In this document: one piece after another, positions 9,640 through 18,735 of the stretch
Position numbering within the stretch: position 1 is the first letter of the stretch
Layout: the number at the start of each line of letters is the position of its first letter
Assembly (NCBI GenBank): GCA_964291655.2
Contig: OZ219802.1
Span: 288,001 to 352,000, forward strand
DNA length: 64,000 nt
Direction of reading: 5' to 3'
Source of the DNA: Chloroflexota bacterium
Lineage (GTDB): Bacteria; Chloroflexota; UBA11872; VXOZ01
Made by a program: the position numbers and the translations under genes
The notes under the pieces: generated by a model
Databases searched by the model: none
Seen by the model: the letters and a program-made list of their open reading frames with translations, nothing else
Told to the model about the DNA's origin: nothing

Positions 9640-10677
9640 CTATGTCTCCGGCTTATCGCGTTTGGTAAAGATATCCATATCACTACTGTGACCCGGAGCG
9701 AGCCGAGCATCGGGGTTAATATACCGCACTGCTTGATTCACTGCCATAGCCGCCTCGGACGCACCGCACGCAATCAGATTGATCTTCCCCTCGTAAGCGG
9801 CAATATCGCCTGCAGCATAGACACCGGGCCGGCTCGTAACCATCGTCGCGGGATCTACCTTGATGCCCTTCCTGCCTTCAAGGTCAACCCCCCACTTTCG
9901 TATGACAGTCGTGTCCATCAGGAATCCAATGCAAATCAGGATTATGTCCACTTCAAGATCGAAAGTCTCTTTCGAAGTGAGATTCGTGATGGTGACTCCC
10001 GTGAGCTTGCCGTCAGTTAAGTGCAACTCACTGGCTTCATGCCGGGGGAAATGCACGTCCACCTCCGAGTAAATGAGTTGGCGAACTGTAGCCTCGTGCG
10101 CCTGCCAGACCGGCAGGCGGTGAATGAGCGTCGCCATCTTTGCGACTTTCTCAAGTTCAAGCGCCCAGTCGAGTGCCGAGTCTCCCCCACCAATGATCAG
10201 CACACGCTTGTCGCGGAACGTTTCCAGGTTCTTCACTGTATAGAAGACCTGCTTGTCTTCCAGGGGCTCGATGCCGGGAATCTTCAATTTGCGCGGCGCC
10301 AGCGAGCCATTGCCGTTGGCAATGAGTACGGTCTTGCTCTTGAATTCCTCGCCGCTTTGCGAATGAAGCACGTAGACGCCGTCGCGCTCTTCAAGTTCCG
10401 TTATTTTCTGTGAAAGAATTATGGGATATTGCCACTGGTCTGCTTGCTCATGCAAAGCCGCAACCAGATCCTTGGCGAGAATCGCCGGGAAGCCAGCCAT
10501 ATCGTAGACGTTCTTCACCGCGTATAGGGCTGAAAGGGCGCCGCCTATTTCATCCATTGCTTCCACAAGCTGTGTATCGAGATGGCGCACTCCGGCGTAG
10601 AAAAGCCCAAACAACCCCGTAGGGCCACCTCCAATAATCGTAAGGTCCTTTACGCCATCTCCCCCGTTCTCCACCAT
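9640..10677 (-). CDS. TrxB-like ferredoxin-NAD(P) reductase (YumC/FNR type 2 family)
   Basis: GGGPTGLF, GGGDSALDWA, YAAGDI, no redox CxxC, C-terminal PGHSS tail typical of the YumC family. Confidence 0.8.
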   Translation of the reverse strand: MVENGGDGVKDLTIIGGGPTGLFGLFYAGVRHLDTQLVEAMDEIGGALSALYAVKNVYDMAGFPAILAKDLVAALHEQADQWQYPIILSQKITELEERDGVYVLHSQSGEEFKSKTVLIANGNGSLAPRKLKIPGIEPLEDKQVFYTVKNLETFRDKRVLIIGGGDSALDWALELEKVAKMATLIHRLPVWQAHEATVRQLIYSEVDVHFPRHEASELHLTDGKLTGVTITNLTSKETFDLEVDIILICIGFLMDTTVIRKWGVDLEGRKGIKVDPATMVTSRPGVYAAGDIAAYEGKINLIACGASEAAMAVNQAVRYINPDARLAPGHSSDMDIFTKRDKPET

Positions 10678-10704
10678 TTCACAGTGCTCCTTCCAGCAGT
10701 GTCT

Positions 10705-10818
10705 CTAACCCTCGGTAATTGCTCGCTCCATCATTCGTGCATCCAGTATCACGTCGCTTCCGCTCCCCACAGCTATAGGATACAAGAATGGCTCATGCGT
10801 TAGAATTATCGTGCTCAT
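10705..10818 (-). CDS. Possible 37-aa small protein overlapping the glcF stop
   Basis: ATG preceded by GGAG; fills the glcF-FNR gap. No homology recognised. Confidence 0.2.
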   Translation of the reverse strand: MSTIILTHEPFLYPIAVGSGSDVILDARMMERAITEG

Positions 10819-12154
10819 TGCTCTCCGCTGCCTGATAGGCTTTTTCAAGCAGTTCCATTGTGTGAATTGATCGCGTTGCTTCTCCGCTTGCAGCCAGGGC
10901 ACTGTCCATTTGCAGCATACAACCCGGATTGCCAACAACGACGAGTTCAGCGTCCGTTGCCGCGATATTCTTGACTTTCGGCGCTACAATGCGCTGCGCC
11001 ATGTCGGCCTGCACAACGTTATATACGCCCGCGCTGCCGCAACAGTGATCGGAGTTCTTCATCTCTACAAATTCAAGTCCCGGAATTGCTTGCAGCAGGG
11101 CGCGCGGCTGTGCTCGCACCCGCTGTCCGTGCGCCAGGTGGCAAGCATCTTGATACGTTACGCGCTTGTTTACCGGCCCAAACGACGTGTCTACCTCAAT
11201 ATCGGCCAAGAATTCGCTAACGTCTTTCACCTTCTCTGAAAAGTCGCGGGCGCGGAGGGCATATTTGGGATCAAGCTCAAGCAGAATGTCGTACTCCTTG
11301 AGCGCAGTACCGCAGCCGGCCGCGTTGCTGATGATGACGTCCAAGTCATAGGATTCAAAGGCGTCAATGTTCTGCCGGGCCAGGTCTTTGGCTGTCTCAC
11401 GGTCCCCGGCATGGACACCTAAAGCGCCGCAGCAGCGTTGGCTCTTGGGTATCACCACCTCGCACCCATTGCGTGAAAGGACGCTCACGGTTGCCCGATT
11501 CGTTTCACCGAAAAAGTATGGCATGATGCAACCGGTCACAAACCCCACCCGGCGTTTCGTCTCACCACGAGCTGGGACTACCTCCACGTCGGGCGCGGCA
11601 TAGAATTCGTCAGACAACTTAGGCAGCATCGTTTCGGCATGACCGAACTGCCCAAAGAGCTTCAAGACACCGCTGCCTCGCACTAACTTCTGCAACCCGG
11701 AGGATTGGTAGAAACGGAGGATGTTGGCAACCAGACTCAGTCTGCGGGGAAATGGAAATGTCTGTTTGAACACGAGCCAGCGCAGGAAGCGTGGGACCAT
11801 CCCACCGGGCTTCGCTTGAATCGCCTCGCCGCGCGCTGCCTCGATGATCTTGCCATACTGTACTCCCGATGGACAGGCAGTCTCGCAGGCCCGGCAATCC
11901 AAACAAAGGAATATATGTTGCAGAAACGTCTCATTGATTGGAATGCGCTCTTCTTTGGCCGCTTTGACGAGATAGATGCGGCCCCGCGGACTCTCCATCT
12001 CGAGGCCCGTTTCCCGGTACGTGGGACACGCATTGAGACAAAGTCCGCAGTGCACGCATTGGGCAAGGTCCTCATCCGTAAGGCCTTCAAAGCGTACGCG
12101 TTCATTGTCAGAATCTGGAATAACGAGCCCTGGCTTGCCGACATCGGTATTCAC
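10793..12154 (-). CDS. glcF: Glycolate/2-hydroxy-acid dehydrogenase Fe-S subunit
   Basis: CVHCGLCLNACP and CLDCRACETACP ferredoxin motifs plus two CCG domains (RCCGALG, HCCGSAG). Confidence 0.88.
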   Translation of the reverse strand: MNTDVGKPGLVIPDSDNERVRFEGLTDEDLAQCVHCGLCLNACPTYRETGLEMESPRGRIYLVKAAKEERIPINETFLQHIFLCLDCRACETACPSGVQYGKIIEAARGEAIQAKPGGMVPRFLRWLVFKQTFPFPRRLSLVANILRFYQSSGLQKLVRGSGVLKLFGQFGHAETMLPKLSDEFYAAPDVEVVPARGETKRRVGFVTGCIMPYFFGETNRATVSVLSRNGCEVVIPKSQRCCGALGVHAGDRETAKDLARQNIDAFESYDLDVIISNAAGCGTALKEYDILLELDPKYALRARDFSEKVKDVSEFLADIEVDTSFGPVNKRVTYQDACHLAHGQRVRAQPRALLQAIPGLEFVEMKNSDHCCGSAGVYNVVQADMAQRIVAPKVKNIAATDAELVVVGNPGCMLQMDSALAASGEATRSIHTMELLEKAYQAAESNEHDNSNA

Positions 12155-12190
12155 GTTGGACTTGCTCGCCTTATCTAGAGTGAAATGGTG

Positions 12191-13531
12191 CTAAATCTTC
12201 GCTACGAATCGGCCTGGATTTAGAATGTTGCGTGGATCGAAGGTCTGCTTGAGGCTGCGCATGACGCTTAGTCCCTGAGGACTCGGTCCCCAGACGTCAA
12301 AGGCGGCCTTGAGCGCCGGCGAGCCTCGTTGCAAGATCAAACTACCCCCATGTTCCTGGCTCACTGCTCGGGCATGCTGCAAGAAGCTGAGAAGCTTGGC
12401 CGATGTAGCCGAATGGACAGAGGGGTCTTGCTCTTGCCCGTCCGCCGACCGAATTCCACACTTTAGTGAGCCGCTGAGAGGATCGGCTAGAACTCCCACT
12501 GCTCCCTCAACGGGCGCTGCCGAGCGCAAGAGGTCTGCATAGACGTGCCGCACTTCTGTTGGTACGGCGCTCGCCTTTAGCAAGACATCCGTTGGGCCAC
12601 CAACCGACCCCACGTCCACGCATGCTTGCCACAGGGACACCCCGTCCTCTTCGCAAACTACCTCTGCGTCAATCCCGCCCCCTGCAGTTCCTGCCGCCGA
12701 GGCGTCGCGGACCTGCCGTGCCACAGCTCCTTGTGCGCCCATGAAGCGGACAAGAAGCACATGGCCGCCACGGACTGCGCCAAACAAACACTGTTGAGCG
12801 GCTGCATTACCGACCACGGCCGCCGCCGGATGGTACGCGCGTATGGCGGATGCTGCCGCAAAGGCCGCGCCGAATTCCTTAAATGCGAGAATGAGGGTTT
12901 GATCAGCCTTTGGCAAAGGATACACCTTGAATGTGGCTGTGGCGATAACCCCCAACGTACCGAGGGCGCCGACCTGCAGCTTGTGAAGACCGAACCCGGC
13001 CACGTTCTTTACCACCTCGCCGCCGCTCTTGACAAGGGTGCCGTCACCTTGGACGAATTGCATGCCCATAACCAGGTCCTTGGCAGTACCGAATGCAAAC
13101 CGGAGCGGCCCGTGCGCGTTCACCGCCACGGCTCCGCCAATTGTGGCTCTCTCTGGGCGGGGCACCTCAAGCGGCAGAGTCTGGCCATGTTCGCGCAGAG
13201 TCTCTTGCAAGACGGCCACGGTCACGCCCGCCTCTGCCGTCACAATGAGGTCGGCAGGTTCGTATCCCGATATCGCATTAAGTCCCGCGGTGGAGAGTGC
13301 CACGCAGGTATCAGTTGGGGGCGCGCCAAGATCGAGCATGGTGCCGCCGCCTATGGGGGTGGTTGAAGCCCCGGCGGCGTTTAGTTCCCCAACGACCTCA
13401 GCCAATTCTGCAATAGCACGAGGCGCCACACACAACGACGGCTGCTTGCCGTCTATAGTAGGACTCTCGGTAGTGACCGCATCATGCGAGACGATCTGAG
13501 CGAGCTGGGTGTGGAGTGTCTCAGTCAGCAA
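12191..13531 (-). CDS. glcE: Glycolate dehydrogenase FAD-binding subunit
   Basis: YEPADL.VTAEAG, GGEVVKNVAGF, GALGTLG, FDPRNILNPGRF; lies between glcD and glcF. Confidence 0.85.
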   Translation of the reverse strand: MLTETLHTQLAQIVSHDAVTTESPTIDGKQPSLCVAPRAIAELAEVVGELNAAGASTTPIGGGTMLDLGAPPTDTCVALSTAGLNAISGYEPADLIVTAEAGVTVAVLQETLREHGQTLPLEVPRPERATIGGAVAVNAHGPLRFAFGTAKDLVMGMQFVQGDGTLVKSGGEVVKNVAGFGLHKLQVGALGTLGVIATATFKVYPLPKADQTLILAFKEFGAAFAAASAIRAYHPAAAVVGNAAAQQCLFGAVRGGHVLLVRFMGAQGAVARQVRDASAAGTAGGGIDAEVVCEEDGVSLWQACVDVGSVGGPTDVLLKASAVPTEVRHVYADLLRSAAPVEGAVGVLADPLSGSLKCGIRSADGQEQDPSVHSATSAKLLSFLQHARAVSQEHGGSLILQRGSPALKAAFDVWGPSPQGLSVMRSLKQTFDPRNILNPGRFVAKI

Positions 13532-13545
13532 CGCGTATCTGCATC

Positions 13546-14997
13546 CTACTTCCAGACCGCAGTAGTAGTAGAGTGGACCGGGGACTTGCCGATGTGGATT
13601 TTCGCTGCATGTGGACCTTCACCGGTGGGGAATATTTTTGTGGGGTTGAACAACCAGTAAGGATCGAAAGCGCGCTTGAGCTTGCGCATAGACTCCAAGT
13701 CTTCTTCGCTATAGAGCCAGTCCATGTACTCTTGCTTTTCGGTGCCGATGCCGTGTTCCCCCGAGAGTGAGCCGCCGGCGTCAATGCACGCGCGAATAAT
13801 CTCCTCACCCGCTGCAATAACCCGTTGCACCTGGTCGCTATCGCGCACGTCAAAGAGCAGATTGGGATGCAGGTTGCCGTCACCGGCATGAAATACATTG
13901 GCGATAATGATGTCGTAGCGCGCGGCCACGTCTTCAACAAAGCGCATAATCTCCGGTAGTTTTGTGCGGGGTACGACACAATCCTGGATATAGTAGTTTG
14001 GCGCCAGCCGACCCAATGCGCCGATGGCCCCCTTGCGTCCCTTCCAAACCGCCTCCCGCTCAGCGGCAGTCTGCGCCACTCGGATTTCACGGGCACCTGC
14101 CTCACGGCAGAGGTTTAGAATTGCTTCCCGCTGTTCGTCGAGTTCCTCCTGCATGCCGTCGATTTCGATGATAAGCACACCACCGGCATCGGAGGGGTAG
14201 CCGACATGATGCGCTTCTTCAATTGCTTGGGTGACGACCTGGTCCATAATCTCCAGTGCGGCAGGAATAATGCCATTGCCAATGATGGATGAAACTGCCT
14301 GGCACGAGTCTGGGACACTCTCGAAAATCGCAAGGTAGGTCTCAACTGCTTCCGGAATTGGCAGCAGCTTGACAAGGATCTTAGTCACCACACCCATGGT
14401 GCCTTCGGAGCCGATAATTGCGCATAGGAGGTCATAGCCCGGTGCGTCCGGCGCCTTGCCGCCAAGCCATGCCACTTCACCGCCTGGAAAGACCACCTCC
14501 AGGCCCATAACATGATTAATCGTGCAGCCATAGCGCAGGCAATGGGCACCGCCGGAGTTTTCGGCGACATTGCCCCCGAGTGTGCATGCATATTGACTAG
14601 ACGGGTCCGGAGCATAATACAGCCCCAAGTGCTTAACTTCGTCGGAGAGTTCGAGGTTTACCACCCCAGGTTCCACGAGCGCGGTGCGATTCTCTTCGTC
14701 GATCTCAAGAATGTCCCGCATGCGGCTGACAGAAAGCAGTATGCCGTTTTCTTCCGGCACGGCGCCGCCAGAGAGGCCCGTTCCGGCGCCCTTCGGTACC
14801 ACCGGTACCTTCAATTCATTAGCGACAACCAGTATCTCACTGACTTCAGCCGTGGTGCGTGGAAAAGCTACGGCGGCGGGTAGTTGGGCGTCAATTGATG
14901 CGTCGCGCTCGAAGACTATGAGGTCTTCCGGAAGATGAACGACGTGCTCCGGTCCAACAATGGCCTGCAAGCGCTCAACGAGTTCACGTGTGTCCAT
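13546..14997 (-). CDS. glcD: Glycolate/D-2-hydroxy-acid dehydrogenase FAD subunit
   Basis: GAGTGLSGG, PDPSSQ..CTLGGNVAENSGG, FHAGDGNLHP, GEHGIG. Confidence 0.9.
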   Translation of the reverse strand: MDTRELVERLQAIVGPEHVVHLPEDLIVFERDASIDAQLPAAVAFPRTTAEVSEILVVANELKVPVVPKGAGTGLSGGAVPEENGILLSVSRMRDILEIDEENRTALVEPGVVNLELSDEVKHLGLYYAPDPSSQYACTLGGNVAENSGGAHCLRYGCTINHVMGLEVVFPGGEVAWLGGKAPDAPGYDLLCAIIGSEGTMGVVTKILVKLLPIPEAVETYLAIFESVPDSCQAVSSIIGNGIIPAALEIMDQVVTQAIEEAHHVGYPSDAGGVLIIEIDGMQEELDEQREAILNLCREAGAREIRVAQTAAEREAVWKGRKGAIGALGRLAPNYYIQDCVVPRTKLPEIMRFVEDVAARYDIIIANVFHAGDGNLHPNLLFDVRDSDQVQRVIAAGEEIIRACIDAGGSLSGEHGIGTEKQEYMDWLYSEEDLESMRKLKRAFDPYWLFNPTKIFPTGEGPHAAKIHIGKSPVHSTTTAVWK

Positions 14998-15135
14998 GGC
15001 GTACTACCTAAACTCGATTCGTGCCTATCCGCCTCCGACCCACCAATCACTGTGATGATACCATAGCCCAAATACTGCGAACAAAAACCTGGGGGCTGCC
15101 TGCCTGAGCTTTCTGCCGCATCCAATGAGGCAGGG

Positions 15136-15149
15136 GATTCCCGGGAATC
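15136..15149. promoter_or_regulatory. Perfect 14-bp palindrome GATTCCCGGGAATC, candidate operator in the divergent glcD/kinase region
   Basis: Seen directly. A minus-strand TTGACG at 15174-15169 would place a weak -10 over it. Confidence 0.3.
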
Positions 15150-15200
15150 TCGTTTCGGCAATTACTACCGTCAAACCTAAGAAGAGGACGTCCTGCAACG

Positions 15201-16259
15201 GTGTCAAGAACTCTCGAATTCGACGCAATGCAACTGCACATGACCCAAATCGAGCCTCCCATCGGGCCGGTTCGCTTGTTGCGTCCCGTTACCGGAGGTG
15301 GCGCTCAAGGAGCGAGAGTTTGGCAGGGTGTCTTGGCTTCAGGCACGCACGTTGCAATCAAGCAACATGCACACCCCGGAGCGGGAGATGTTGAGTACGG
15401 TGTGCTGGAAATGCTCTACCGGCTTGGCGCCCCGGTTGCGCGCCCACTACTTTGGCAACCGGAGGCGCGCACACTTATTACGGAGTGGACAGGGTCTCGC
15501 ACACTTGCCGCGGCGATCCAGGAAACCGGCCAACACCGGGAATCGCAGTCTCACGAACTGCGCCGTTTGACCCATGGCTTAGTTCAGAGTTGCACCGCTC
15601 TTGAGACTGCTTTTCAGGGGCTAGCCGCGCGGATGCCGTTTGGCTCAACAGGTGAGCAAGAACGCCGCCGCACGGAGGTCCGGGCGAGGTGCCGTCACGC
15701 GCCTGAGACGTACGAGCGACTTGCGGACTTCTGCGGTCTCGCGATACCGCAGGGCTGGACATCAGCCCTGCGTAAGGCATGGACAGCAGTAGCAGAATCT
15801 ATGTGCAGCGGCAAAACGACGTTCGGCGGTCGCGACTGCACGCCGCGCAACGTGCTTGTTGACGGTTCCGAGATACGGTTTGTGGACTTTGCAGTCGTCG
15901 GCCTCGATTGGCCGGAAGCGCGGCTGGCGCAGTATGCCGCCGCCGTGGCGGCCGGCGCGACGACACAGCCGTTTCAGACCCTCTTGACCCATGGCGAACC
16001 GCAGTGGTACGTTGATAGTGGGTGCATTGAAATTCCACAGTTGGACATGCATCACTTGTTAGTGTGGAGCGAGGTATTGCGGTTGCTTCTCGACGGGAAG
16101 CTGGGAGTGCCAAGTTCCCCGAGCAACTTGCTGGGTCGAAAACTAGACCAGGCAGTGAAGTTGGCGCTCACTCCTTTGGCCCCCACGACACCCGGAGAGT
16201 TGGTACGCTCACTCGTCGCCACAGTCTTTGTACACGGGTCGATCTCATTGAAGCAATGA
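15201..16259 (+). CDS. APH/choline-kinase-like phosphotransferase
   Basis: GGGAQG loop, VAIK, catalytic loop GRDCTPRN, VDF; start codon uncertain. Confidence 0.65.
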   Translation: MSRTLEFDAMQLHMTQIEPPIGPVRLLRPVTGGGAQGARVWQGVLASGTHVAIKQHAHPGAGDVEYGVLEMLYRLGAPVARPLLWQPEARTLITEWTGSRTLAAAIQETGQHRESQSHELRRLTHGLVQSCTALETAFQGLAARMPFGSTGEQERRRTEVRARCRHAPETYERLADFCGLAIPQGWTSALRKAWTAVAESMCSGKTTFGGRDCTPRNVLVDGSEIRFVDFAVVGLDWPEARLAQYAAAVAAGATTQPFQTLLTHGEPQWYVDSGCIEIPQLDMHHLLVWSEVLRLLLDGKLGVPSSPSNLLGRKLDQAVKLALTPLAPTTPGELVRSLVATVFVHGSISLKQ

Positions 16260-16273
16260 GGAAGGATAAAACG

Positions 16274-16543
16274 ATGGCAGAGGAATGGAAGCCGCGGGAA
16301 CGCGAGCTGGTAATTGATGGCCTGGAGTGGGTAGGTCGGATGGCCGATAAGGCACGTGCCCAGCATGGCGGCTACATCGGCGAGTACATCTACCCATGCC
16401 CCATGGATCAGCAGGTGCTGCGCGATCTGGGCATGAGCTCGGAAGAGTTCAAGCAAATCGCCGTCGAAGCCGGTACGGATAACGAGCTGGCAGCCAAGGT
16501 AAAGGCCACTTCCGGCAAGGAGACCGTGGCAACACCCACGTGA
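16274..16543 (+). CDS. Small DUF5069-like protein
   Basis: W..RM.DKARA...G..GEY.YPCPMD pattern; AAGGA RBS. Confidence 0.65.
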   Translation: MAEEWKPRERELVIDGLEWVGRMADKARAQHGGYIGEYIYPCPMDQQVLRDLGMSSEEFKQIAVEAGTDNELAAKVKATSGKETVATPT

Positions 16544-16632
16544 ACCGCAATCATTGTCGGGACTCTTAGCTCAGCTATCCGCCGAGTCTTGCCGGCCGAT
16601 CGCACCTAGAGGCGATGTTTGCAAGCAAACTT

Positions 16633-16668
16633 ACATACCCGCGCCAAGCGCGGGTATGTTATATTCTT
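16633..16668 (+). terminator. Rho-independent terminator
   Basis: Perfect 12-bp stem ACATACCCGCGC-caa-GCGCGGGTATGT followed by T-rich TATATTCTT. Confidence 0.6.
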
Positions 16669-16755
16669 GGGAGCACAACAGAATAGGAGATCTTGATTGC
16701 AATCGAGTAACAGAGTCAACTGGCAAGTATTGCCTGCGCCGCTTGCGATCTGCCA

Positions 16756-17970
16756 GTGACGCGCGATCAAAAAAATGCTGCGCTATTCGGCGCCGTCCTC
16801 GGTCTTCTTCTAAGCGGAGGGTATCTGGTTGCCCGCAGAGTTGCCACACGTGTGCAGCCGAACATCATCGACTGGCAGCGCACAGAGCGCATCGCCATGC
16901 GCATTGCCGCGCGCAACCCGGAGGGCGTTCTCCCAAGCGGAACGCGAGAATCACTCCTCACGGACTATCAGGCGCTGGTGCAGCTCAGCCACGATCAGAT
17001 TACACCCTTCATTCAGCTTGACACTGCCCCCCGCAGCCATGAAGTAGAAGTGCTGGACCGTCCCCTATGGGTCCAACGCAATCTCACCACTGTGCAACGC
17101 CTGTTGCAGCCCTTGGAAGACGTGTACCTGGAGAGTGTTGGGTCAAATAGCAACACGTTGTTCCGACTTGCGCACGGGAGCATGCAACTCACTATGTCTG
17201 CGCAGATGGGTATCGTGTTGGGCTTTCTTTCGCGAAACGTATTAGGTCAATTCGACATGCCGTTCTTGGCGCCGCCCGCCTCCAAGGAGAGTGCGGCTCT
17301 TGATCAGTCAAGCAGAATCTACTTTGTTGAACCCAACATTCGCCGTCTGCAGCAACGTCTCGACATCCCGCCGGACGCGTTCCGGCTCTGGATCGCGCTT
17401 CATGAGACCACCCATGCCATTCAGTTTCAGGTGGCACCTTGGCTTGCAGGGCATCTCGGAAGCCTTATCGAGTCGTACGTAGAGAGCTTCCGCGAGTTAC
17501 TCCGCGAGTCTTCCCACCCGTTGCGCGCGATGCTCTTGCCCGGGGCTGAAGCTACAGAGGATCGCGAGCGCCTCGGTGGGTTAGTCAGTCTCCTCACGAC
17601 GCCGGAACAACGAGACATGCTTGCGCGCGTGCAAGGTGTGATGAGCCTTGTGGAGGGCTACAGCAACTACATCATGGACGCTTTGGGCGAGCAGCTCATT
17701 ACCGGATTTCCCACCATGCGGAAACGGCTGGAAGAACGCAAACGCGGTTCGCTCGAGCGGGCCGTTATGCGGCTGCTTGGTTTTGACCTTAAGCTCGCGC
17801 AATATCGCCTCGGTGAGCGCTTTGTGCGCCAGGTTGTGGATAGTGAAGACATGTCCTTTCTCAACCGCGTCTGGGAATCAGAGCACGCCATGCCGACGCT
17901 GGATGAGATCAATGCGCCCGATGAGTGGGTGGCGCGCATGCAGGGAGTTCGTAGCGCACCGAACCCATAG
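16756..17970 (+). CDS. Zinc-dependent metalloprotease-like hydrolase (DUF2342/Zincin_2) with N-terminal TM
   Basis: VLGQFD, WIALHETTHAIQF (HExxH), MSLVEGY, KLAQY..GERF. Confidence 0.8.
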   Translation: MTRDQKNAALFGAVLGLLLSGGYLVARRVATRVQPNIIDWQRTERIAMRIAARNPEGVLPSGTRESLLTDYQALVQLSHDQITPFIQLDTAPRSHEVEVLDRPLWVQRNLTTVQRLLQPLEDVYLESVGSNSNTLFRLAHGSMQLTMSAQMGIVLGFLSRNVLGQFDMPFLAPPASKESAALDQSSRIYFVEPNIRRLQQRLDIPPDAFRLWIALHETTHAIQFQVAPWLAGHLGSLIESYVESFRELLRESSHPLRAMLLPGAEATEDRERLGGLVSLLTTPEQRDMLARVQGVMSLVEGYSNYIMDALGEQLITGFPTMRKRLEERKRGSLERAVMRLLGFDLKLAQYRLGERFVRQVVDSEDMSFLNRVWESEHAMPTLDEINAPDEWVARMQGVRSAPNP

Positions 17971-18048
17971 GTGCGCGACTTGGAATCTTGGGGCTGCCAA
18001 CCGAGCAGTAGTTCTGCACACGGCCGCACTTTACAACGTCACTACCTG

Positions 18049-18720
18049 CTAGTCCTCGCTCTTGCGCACGACGTCCCCTACCTCTGACGGCTGCGCAAAT
18101 GCAAAGTCCGGCTTTTCCCCGAGCAACGCCTCTTGATCCACCGCCCCCCAGAGCGCAGCACCGGTGCTTACTCCTGCCAAGCGGCCGCACTGGATGTCTG
18201 TGTCGCTCTCTCCAATGAGGAGCGCTTCTTGGGCGGATGCGCCACTCACTTCCAAGGCTCTGGTTGCGGCATCGGCAAAGGGCTTGGGCCGTTCTATATC
18301 GTCTTGGAAAACTACAGCGCTCACGAAGGATGCCAGCCCGCTGGCTTCCATGTCCTTACTTCCTGCCGCCCGCGTGCTGCCGGAGAGGACAACGACGGTC
18401 GTTCCCAGATCAACCAGCGCGGCCAGCATTTCCGGGACGCCGGGAAACGGCACGATGGACTCATGCCGGCGGCTTTCCCAGTGCTCCAAGAAGACCCGGC
18501 GCAATTCATTTGCCACGGGCTCGCGTCCTTCGGCGGCGGCAACAAAGGGGTCTTCAAGCGGGCCGGAGAACTGCTCGGCAAGATCTTCGCGCGAAAACTT
18601 GCCTGGAGCCCATTGTTCCAATGCGGCAAACGTGGCTTCGAGAACGGCGGGGCGGACGTCGACCAATGTGCCGACAAGATCAAATATGCAACACCGAATG
18701 GCTGCTGGCGCCATTAGCAT
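18049..18720 (-). CDS. HAD-superfamily hydrolase (PpaX/Gph-like) with non-canonical motifs
   Basis: FDLVGTLVD, RPKP, IGESDTD, ALWG. Confidence 0.75.
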   Translation of the reverse strand: MLMAPAAIRCCIFDLVGTLVDVRPAVLEATFAALEQWAPGKFSREDLAEQFSGPLEDPFVAAAEGREPVANELRRVFLEHWESRRHESIVPFPGVPEMLAALVDLGTTVVVLSGSTRAAGSKDMEASGLASFVSAVVFQDDIERPKPFADAATRALEVSGASAQEALLIGESDTDIQCGRLAGVSTGAALWGAVDQEALLGEKPDFAFAQPSEVGDVVRKSED

Positions 18721-18735
18721 GTCTCAACAGTCTGG

